DNA of 64,000 nucleotides from Sulfolobales archaeon (GTDB taxonomy: Archaea; Thermoproteota; Thermoprotei_A; Sulfolobales; AG1). This document shows positions 57,690-64,000 of the stretch, in pieces. Made by a program: the position numbers and the translations under genes. Location of the stretch: positions 64,001 to 128,000 of the forward strand of contig JAWBYA010000001.1 in the NCBI GenBank assembly GCA_038867615.1, given 5' to 3'. The notes beneath the pieces are model-generated. The model was not told where the DNA came from and ran no database searches. It worked only from the letters and a program-made list of their open reading frames with translations. Every line of letters starts with the position of its first letter. Position 1 is the stretch's first letter.

Positions 57690-60600
57690 TTACTCTACAT
57701 ATATTCCAGGTCTTAGTGGCATTGCCTCTTTCTTCTTCCCCCTATAGTCAGGTGCGCTGGGATCCCATGATCCGTATACCTCGATCGCGGAAGCCCCTGT
57801 AGCTTCTCTCAAAGTCTCTAGACTGCTTCTTATAACATCTATCTCATTTATAACAGCCCCCTCAAGGATCATTGAGGCGAGATCTTCCGATAGCGATGAC
57901 GCGTGGTCAAAGATCCTCTTTATCCTTAGAGCCTCCTCATCACGTGATCCCAGGCCTAGCTTGCCTAGATAGGCCTCCATAACAGGTCTAATCCCCTCAC
58001 CCTTTCTCTGAGCCTCAAGGCTCTTTCTAAGGATCTCTATTTCGCTCTGCGGCGCTGTATAGATCACTACTCTCGAGGGTTTCTTTCTCAATATCGATAT
58101 GATCTCCGTGAGATCCTCGCTAAGGGATCTTAGATATATGTGCTTCAGCTCCAGATCTCTATCTATATATCTCCTCAGATCCTCCCTATCGAAGCTCTCC
58201 CTAACCACAAGGCTTTTCTCACCTAACACGCTGTGCCATATCTCCTCAGCAGCGTGTGGCGCGTATATAGATAGCATGATCACCCACGCCCTAACAATCC
58301 CCAAGATCTCTTTCCACGCACCATCACTCCTTCTAATATACTCTGCAAGGGTGTTTGCAACATCATATATAATCCCGATCCCTGCTTCCCTAACCCTTAG
58401 CTTCTCTAGAGCATCGTCGGCTCTCAAAATACTCCTGACGATCCTTGAGGCATAGACCTTATCAAGCTCGCTCGGATCCTCTCTCACAGGCATCTTCACA
58501 AGCCTTTCTAGAAGCTCATATATTCTTCTAATATTCTCAGCAATGTTTACAGCTGCTTCATGTCTAAAATCTAGATCCTGGCCTTCTTCGGATAATGTTG
58601 AGAGCGCTATTCTAACACTATCGCTTCCATATAGATCTACAGCTCTAGATACTGGCAATATGTTCCTCAGACTCTTTGACATCTTCCTACCCTCTCTAAG
58701 AACCCAGCCGTGGATCAGCATTGCTCTAGGCCATAGGTCTCTTGGGAACACGGCTACGTGGTTCATTATGAAGAATAGCAGGTGATTGTTAGCTAGATCC
58801 TTTCCAGCGACTCTGAGGTCTAAGGGGTACCAGTATAGAAAATCATTCCTCAGATCCTCGAGATCCTCTCTCCTAATCCCGAGACTTCTAGCGATACTCC
58901 CAGGATCTCCTTTGCCTAGCATCACATAGTCCCAGAAACTCTTACCAAGCATAGAGGGATCTTTAACAATCTCTCTGAGCTTGTGGGAGATCGTATAGAA
59001 AGCCATGTAGATCGTTGAGTCGCTCAGGCTCTCAATAACCCACTCAGTATCCCAGGGAAGAGGCGTCCCAAGCCCTCTAGTCCTCGCACAAGGCTTCTCC
59101 CTAAGGTTACCTATAAGGCTAGCCATATATTCTCTCATCTCGGGGGGCTGTATATACATGCTCCTAAGTAGCTCGAGACCCTCGGCCTTCCACCCCTGGT
59201 TAGAGTAGTCTATGAACCACTGGTTCTCAAGCATTTTAACAACAATCTCTGTCCCACATCTACAATACACGGGCTTATTGGTGATCTCATATAGAGAATC
59301 CCCTACTCCCGAGAGCTTTATAAATGTAGATATGTTCTCCCTAGCCTCAGGGATCCTTTTACCCTCGACCCAGCCCTTTATAAACCCAGCCAAGAAGCCC
59401 TGATCATGCCTATCGCTCTTCACAAGCCTTGATAGGTCTCTCTCCATAGAGCCGAGGTTATACTCCAGCGAGTATAGCTCCTTAGTAGCTTTTTCCAGCG
59501 CCTCCCTATCAAGCTGATCTTTAACCCTGTGCTTCTCAACGAAATGCTTTGCAGGGATGCCCTTGATCCCTGGTACTCGTATCACGACCCGAGGTTCGTG
59601 GGGCTTTATACCCTCAGCGTTTTTCACGATCTCGGTGTATGCCTGGTAATCGTCTGGCGAGTGGGCGGGGACGCTCATAACAACCCCCGTACCTGTCTCA
59701 GGATCCACGAACCTTGCTGGAAGTATGGGGATCTTCTCGCCTGTTATCGGGTTTATAGCTGTTTTTAGGAGGAGCTCTTCTGGGGATATACTCCTTATAT
59801 ATTTAACCCCTCTTTTCTGGTATAGCAGCTTCTCATAAGATCTCTTAGAGATAATCCATGTCGAGCCCTCCACCTCGGCTTCGACATAATCAGCGCCGGG
59901 GTTGATCCAGATGTTTGTCACGCCAAACACTGTCTCTGGTCTGAGAGTCGCTGCTGGTAATACCCTGCCGTTCTCGTCTCTGAAGAATATTAGTGTGAAT
60001 TCACCTATCTCGGGATCCTTGTCATCCTTGGTATCATGCCCCCCAACGGGCATTCCGTGTCTCGGGCACCAGCCAACAGGATACGTCCCCCTGGTGACAA
60101 AGCCCTTTTCTCTGAGAAGCTCGAACTGCCATCTTATAAAGCTGCTGAAATAAGGATCTATTGTTGTGAACTCCCTCCTCCAATCTATACCTAGACCCAG
60201 CCTCTTCATGCTATCCCTAGAGATTCTGTGGAAGTACTGGGCAAGGTCTATTGGTTTTGAAAGCTTTAGAGCGATCTCTCGAGGAACGTTATATATATTA
60301 ACGAAGAGATCTATGAGCTCTGTATCGCCCGCCTCTATAGATTCAGCCATAGTCAGTATAGGCGTCCCCGTATAGTGGAAACCCATTGGGTAGAGGACAT
60401 ACTCACCCCTAGTCCTCCTATGCCTAGCAATAATGTCTGCTAGAACATAGCTCCTAGCATTACCTATATGTATAGGTGAGTTAGGATATGGAAACGCTGC
60501 TGTTACAAAGAATTTACGCCTATCCCTAGCATCAACACGCTCAACCCTATAGGCGCCTTCAGCCTCCCATATACTCTGCCACTTGGAGGAGATGCTTTTC

Positions 60601-60707
60601 AGCCACTCTATAGGATCCGGACTCTCGGAGAATAGAGCTCCCCTTCCTAATAACCCCTGGGGATATATAAGCATTATATTGATATATTGTTCATCCCTAA
60701 ATACCAA
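57690..60707 (-). CDS. leuS: Leucine--tRNA ligase (exact start uncertain)
   Basis: AFPYPNSPIHIGN, ATLRPET, GTGVVMSVPAHSPDD editing domain, ESLSDSTIYMA and KMSKS. Confidence 0.96.
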   Translation of the reverse strand: MVFRDEQYINIMLIYPQGLLGRGALFSESPDPIEWLKSISSKWQSIWEAEGAYRVERVDARDRRKFFVTAAFPYPNSPIHIGNARSYVLADIIARHRRTRGEYVLYPMGFHYTGTPILTMAESIEAGDTELIDLFVNIYNVPREIALKLSKPIDLAQYFHRISRDSMKRLGLGIDWRREFTTIDPYFSSFIRWQFELLREKGFVTRGTYPVGWCPRHGMPVGGHDTKDDKDPEIGEFTLIFFRDENGRVLPAATLRPETVFGVTNIWINPGADYVEAEVEGSTWIISKRSYEKLLYQKRGVKYIRSISPEELLLKTAINPITGEKIPILPARFVDPETGTGVVMSVPAHSPDDYQAYTEIVKNAEGIKPHEPRVVIRVPGIKGIPAKHFVEKHRVKDQLDREALEKATKELYSLEYNLGSMERDLSRLVKSDRHDQGFLAGFIKGWVEGKRIPEARENISTFIKLSGVGDSLYEITNKPVYCRCGTEIVVKMLENQWFIDYSNQGWKAEGLELLRSMYIQPPEMREYMASLIGNLREKPCARTRGLGTPLPWDTEWVIESLSDSTIYMAFYTISHKLREIVKDPSMLGKSFWDYVMLGKGDPGSIARSLGIRREDLEDLRNDFLYWYPLDLRVAGKDLANNHLLFFIMNHVAVFPRDLWPRAMLIHGWVLREGRKMSKSLRNILPVSRAVDLYGSDSVRIALSTLSEEGQDLDFRHEAAVNIAENIRRIYELLERLVKMPVREDPSELDKVYASRIVRSILRADDALEKLRVREAGIGIIYDVANTLAEYIRRSDGAWKEILGIVRAWVIMLSIYAPHAAEEIWHSVLGEKSLVVRESFDREDLRRYIDRDLELKHIYLRSLSEDLTEIISILRKKPSRVVIYTAPQSEIEILRKSLEAQRKGEGIRPVMEAYLGKLGLGSRDEEALRIKRIFDHASSLSEDLASMILEGAVINEIDVIRSSLETLREATGASAIEVYGSWDPSAPDYRGKKKEAMPLRPGIYVE

Positions 60708-60843
60708 ATGTTAATCCATGTTCTTTTATTATCAAAGAGTATCGCTATATAATACATCCTAATCTATATCTTACTGAACCGTGATGATGGTTTGTTGGTG
60801 AAATAGTTTAATAACCCCGTCTGGAAGATATAGAGGAACCCTT

Positions 60844-61206
60844 ATGAGGACTCCAAAGCCTCTTGACAAGATCCTCTGGGATCTATGCAGAGATACTAGG
60901 GAGGATGTGGAAGAGATCGTAGGGCGGGTTGAGAAGCTGAGGAGCAGGGTTACAGAGGATCTCAGTCTTACAAACCACCCCTTTGTGCTAATGCGTCTCA
61001 GGGAGTTCCAAAAGGAGTTTGAAAAAATGGTTAAAAATGATCTAGAGAAATATCTAAACCCAAGCAAGGATGGCTATATATGTTCAAAAGATGTGAGAAA
61101 ATCCCTGGAGTTCTTGGAATCAAAACTGATAATGTTGGAGAAGAAGCTAGGATTAGTAAGAGAAGCCATGGAGAAGAATGATGAGCAGTCTTGGAAGAAG
61201 ATCTAA
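60844..61206 (+). CDS. Hypothetical coiled-coil protein
   Basis: 120-aa helical, charged ORF. Confidence 0.55.
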   Translation: MRTPKPLDKILWDLCRDTREDVEEIVGRVEKLRSRVTEDLSLTNHPFVLMRLREFQKEFEKMVKNDLEKYLNPSKDGYICSKDVRKSLEFLESKLIMLEKKLGLVREAMEKNDEQSWKKI

Positions 61207-61377
61207 CATAATAATCTCATGATCCCTCATAACCGAGTCTCTATAGATCTGCAAACCCGGATCGTTATCCTAGCTGAAGCCCTGTTGTCAAAGGAACAGT
61301 GGTTTGCCATAAGCCTATAAAGATCTTGCAGTATAATCCTCAGCTTCTCGAGCATTGAAAACTATTAAGTTATTAAG

Positions 61378-61463
61378 TCCCCCCGAGGGGATTTGAACCC
61401 CTGACCACCCGGTTTCCGCCCGCCCCACTACAGCCGGGCGCTCTGCCACTGAGCTACGGGGGG
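61378..61463 (-). tRNA. tRNA-Tyr(GTA) with a 14-nt intron at 37/38 (61414-61427); CCA not encoded
   Basis: CCCCCCGTAGCTCAGTGGCAGAGCGCCCGGCTGTAG[TGGGGCGGGCGGAA]ACCGGGTGGTCAGGGGTTCAAATCCCCTCGGGGGGA; C1-G72 pair and relaxed BHB motif. Confidence 0.95.
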
Positions 61464-61616
61464 TTCCTATATTTATTAAATCAGTGCTCTTATTTATTCT
61501 TTACCCAAGGATCGTGCGTCTGGGCAGTGGTTTTCCATAGAGCTGGTATTCCAACAATGATCTGTTTAAGGATATATTACCTGTCACAGATCCCTATTAT
61601 TAGGGCTAGTAGGTTA

Positions 61617-62474
61617 TTGAGGTTCTGTGCTAAGTGCGGTCGTGATGAGAGATCCGTGCCTATAATTAGGCATCTATGCATTGACTGTTATCTAGAGCTT
61701 AGGGGGAGAGAGCTCTTTCCCAGAAGTATTACTCTAACATACTGCCCATCATGTGGGAGCTATAGGGTTAGTGGTGATTGGATTAGCAGCGAGGATATGG
61801 GTAATGACGAGAGGGTTGTTATGGCATATATCATTGAGAGCGGTTTAAAGATCCCTGAGGAGATAGCCAATGCCGATCTAGAGGATCTAAGGGTCGTTAG
61901 AACAGACTACGGAGAGGCTATAGATGCGAGCGTGAGGATCAGCATAGGAGGCTCTCAATACAGGATCACAAAGAGAGTGGGGCTCAATAGAGAGAGAACC
62001 CTATGCCCAGCCTGCCATAAAATCCGCGGTAAGGGTTATGAAGCAATTATACAAATAAGAGGACTTCCTTTTATTAACGAGCGCCTCTTAAGAGTCGTCG
62101 AAGAGAATCTATATAAACTCCCAGAGGCTCTCAGAAACTCTATAGCCGAGATAGAGCACCTGAGAGAAGGCATAAATCTTAAGCTTGTCTCCAGACATGC
62201 TGCCCAAAGCATAGCGAGTATCCTTAGGAAAGAACTCGGCGGAAGAATAATAGAAACAGAGGAAGGCGGGACGGGAAGAAGCATGAGGACGGGTAAGAAG
62301 CCAAGGCTAGTGATAAGTATCAGGATACCAAGCATTGAAGAAGGATCCTATATAAGGATCAACGGTCAGCCATATATAGTTGAGAGAGTCGATGAAGAGA
62401 GAATAACCCTGATCAATAGGGAAGGGAAAAAAGTCACTATGACCAAAAGCGACATAGTAAAAAGCTGGGAGTAA
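61617..62474 (+). CDS. NMD3-family ribosome biogenesis protein
   Basis: FCAKCG..LCIDC, YCPSCG, LCPAC and YEAIIQIRG. Confidence 0.88.
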   Translation: MRFCAKCGRDERSVPIIRHLCIDCYLELRGRELFPRSITLTYCPSCGSYRVSGDWISSEDMGNDERVVMAYIIESGLKIPEEIANADLEDLRVVRTDYGEAIDASVRISIGGSQYRITKRVGLNRERTLCPACHKIRGKGYEAIIQIRGLPFINERLLRVVEENLYKLPEALRNSIAEIEHLREGINLKLVSRHAAQSIASILRKELGGRIIETEEGGTGRSMRTGKKPRLVISIRIPSIEEGSYIRINGQPYIVERVDEERITLINREGKKVTMTKSDIVKSWE

Positions 62475-62476
62475 AT

Positions 62477-62682
62477 CGCTGTAGCCGGCTGTTTCGGAAT
62501 TCATGGCGGTTTTAGGAGTTGATATTAAACCCGAGTTCTGCAGTAATGGAACATAGTATAAGCTCTATGTAGTTTACAGTAGATCCGGGATGTGGGGGTT
62601 TCCCCACAGCATTGAGCTAAGGCCTATGAAGCCATGGGAAGAATGGTTGGTATAAAATCAGCTGCAATGAAGCCAGAACCCC
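62477..62682 (+). mobile_element. Non-autonomous TnpB-element relic, family 1 copy D (shortest with both ends)
   Basis: Left end CGCTGTAGCCGGCTG; TATAAG at 62557; TGTGGGG-gttt-CCCCACA hairpin at 62591-62608; right end AAGCCAGAACCCC. Confidence 0.75.
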
Positions 62683-62744
62683 AAGCTATAGCGGCGTTTA
62701 ATAAATAATATTTATGGAGTCTAGTATGCTGTGGAGTCTGCGTG

Positions 62745-64000
62745 ATGAGCGAGATCCTGAGACTCTCTAGAGAGATCCTTGCTAGATATCCGTTGTGCGA
62801 TAGGTGTTTGGGGAGGCTTTTCGCCAATCTAGGTAGGGGTTTGAGTAATCTGGAGAGGGGTAGGGCTATAAAGCTCACCCTAGCCATGGGTTATCATGAT
62901 GAGGCTTCGAGGGATCCTGAGAGGCTTAGGGATGAGCTCTATAACATCTCGAGAAATGCTGGGGAGCCTTTCCAAAGCCTATATAGATATATATATGGGG
63001 CTGAACCGCCTAGCACGATGCCTTGTTATATTTGCGGGGGGAGGATAGAGAGTCTTATAGGCGAGTGGGTAAAAAGGGCTGGGGATTCTATAAGGAACCT
63101 CGGTGCTTCTCGATTCATACTGGGTATAAGACCTCCTGGTGGGTTTGTAGAGGCGGAGGAGGAGATAGCCAGGGTTTTTTCCCTGCAGTACTGGGAATCT
63201 GTTAGGAGCGAGCTTAAAAGGGAGATAGGTAAGAGTGTTGCTACCACCTATGGCTTGTCGCCTGATTTCGACGATCCTGAGGTCATGTTGATCCTAGATC
63301 TCGAGAGAGGATCTGTTGAGGCTGTAATGCCACCACTCATACTCAGTGCAAGGCTTGTAAAGCTTGTGAGGGGCTTTAGTGTTAGGAGAAGACCCCGTGG
63401 GGGAGGATCTCTAGAGGATATAGCTAGAAGCGATATAAAGGATCTTGGGAGGGATGTGAGTATCAAAATCCCTATAAGAGACACTTCTAGATACAGAATC
63501 CTTGGTAGAGGGTGCGAATCGATCATAGAGATAAGATCCCCAGAGCCTGGTAGAAGAGATCTCAGAAACCTAGCAAAAGTCCTCAACAGGTCTTCATCAA
63601 CATATAGGGTTGAGATCCTTGGTAGAGGTAGTAGGAGGATCGCTGAAGAGCTGCCGGCAAAGGTCAGGAGGATCTGGTATAGGGCTCACATATATATCGA
63701 AAAAGAAGTTGATAGCAAGTTTATAGAGAGCCTAGCACCCAGAAGGATAACAGGTGTCGAGCAGAAAACACCCTCAAGAATACTTAGGGCTGGTTATCGA
63801 GGGGTCGAGAAAGTGACCAGAGGAGACATGGGGATCGAGAAGATCCTCAGGATCTCTAACAAAACCCTTGAAATCCTCTTCACACTACCCCCAAGCATCT
63901 ATGCCGAAGAAGCCATAACAGGAGACGGAGGCAGGACTAGCCCGAGCATCTCATCCCTCCTAGGCGTCGATGTAATCCCCCTAGAGATCGATGTTATAAA
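62745..64000 (+). CDS. pus10: Pus10-like tRNA pseudouridine synthase homologue with a degenerate catalytic motif; runs off the window end (not in the ORF track)
   Basis: Manual translation is open to 64000: LCDRCLGRLFA, CYICGG, ELKREIGK, PDFDDP, KLVRG, YRA, QKTPSR and GDGGRTSPS. GREDxDxRMLG is replaced by IRDTSRYRILG. Confidence 0.85.
   Translation, partial: MSEILRLSREILARYPLCDRCLGRLFANLGRGLSNLERGRAIKLTLAMGYHDEASRDPERLRDELYNISRNAGEPFQSLYRYIYGAEPPSTMPCYICGGRIESLIGEWVKRAGDSIRNLGASRFILGIRPPGGFVEAEEEIARVFSLQYWESVRSELKREIGKSVATTYGLSPDFDDPEVMLILDLERGSVEAVMPPLILSARLVKLVRGFSVRRRPRGGGSLEDIARSDIKDLGRDVSIKIPIRDTSRYRILGRGCESIIEIRSPEPGRRDLRNLAKVLNRSSSTYRVEILGRGSRRIAEELPAKVRRIWYRAHIYIEKEVDSKFIESLAPRRITGVEQKTPSRILRAGYRGVEKVTRGDMGIEKILRISNKTLEILFTLPPSIYAEEAITGDGGRTSPSISSLLGVDVIPLEIDVI

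Noticed and set aside
60455-60500. LeuRS HIGN instead of HIGH as a sign of an inactive paralogue
   Set aside because: HIGN is a tolerated class I variant; the KMSKS and editing motifs are intact.
408-63586. Numerous 60-210 aa ORFs antisense to or nested in identified genes
   Set aside because: Shadow frames of well-supported genes; Ser/Leu/Ile-rich with no motifs.
1-64000. CRISPR array or cas genes
   Set aside because: No regularly spaced direct repeats or Cas motifs seen.

Overview
Chromosomal segment of a crenarchaeon (Thermoproteota). Rpo13, the gar1-tfb pair, a Sulfolobus-type arginine decarboxylase and an intron-containing tRNA-Tyr point to Desulfurococcales/Sulfolobales-like affinity. 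Most of the window is housekeeping: aIF5B, mdh, thiolase, secE-spt5, rps19, DHS, RqcH, MoxR/vWA, TFB, UDG, Rpo13, two Lhr helicases, HtpX, gcvPA/PB, upp, coaBC, leuS, nmd3 and a Pus10-like gene, plus three tRNAs (Leu-TAG, Asn-GTT, Tyr-GTA) and two C/D-box sRNAs. The left 4 kb is the tail of a putative defence island at the 3' end of tRNA-Leu, containing a protease-less BrxL, a miniature PglZ, a small unknown protein and a stand-alone QueC. Intergenic regions hold six copies, in two families, of short TnpB/IS607-IS200/605-like relics. Most reduce to TATA box, hairpinned omega-RNA-like segment and fixed right end, each followed by a different flank. One left-end/right-end pair brackets a foreign-looking HEXXH metalloprotease gene next to tRNA-Asn. 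Other oddities are a Pus10 lacking its catalytic Asp, a cysteine-free TFB ribbon, apparent CTG/ATC start codons and dense GATC. All family assignments come from reading motifs by eye; no searches were run.
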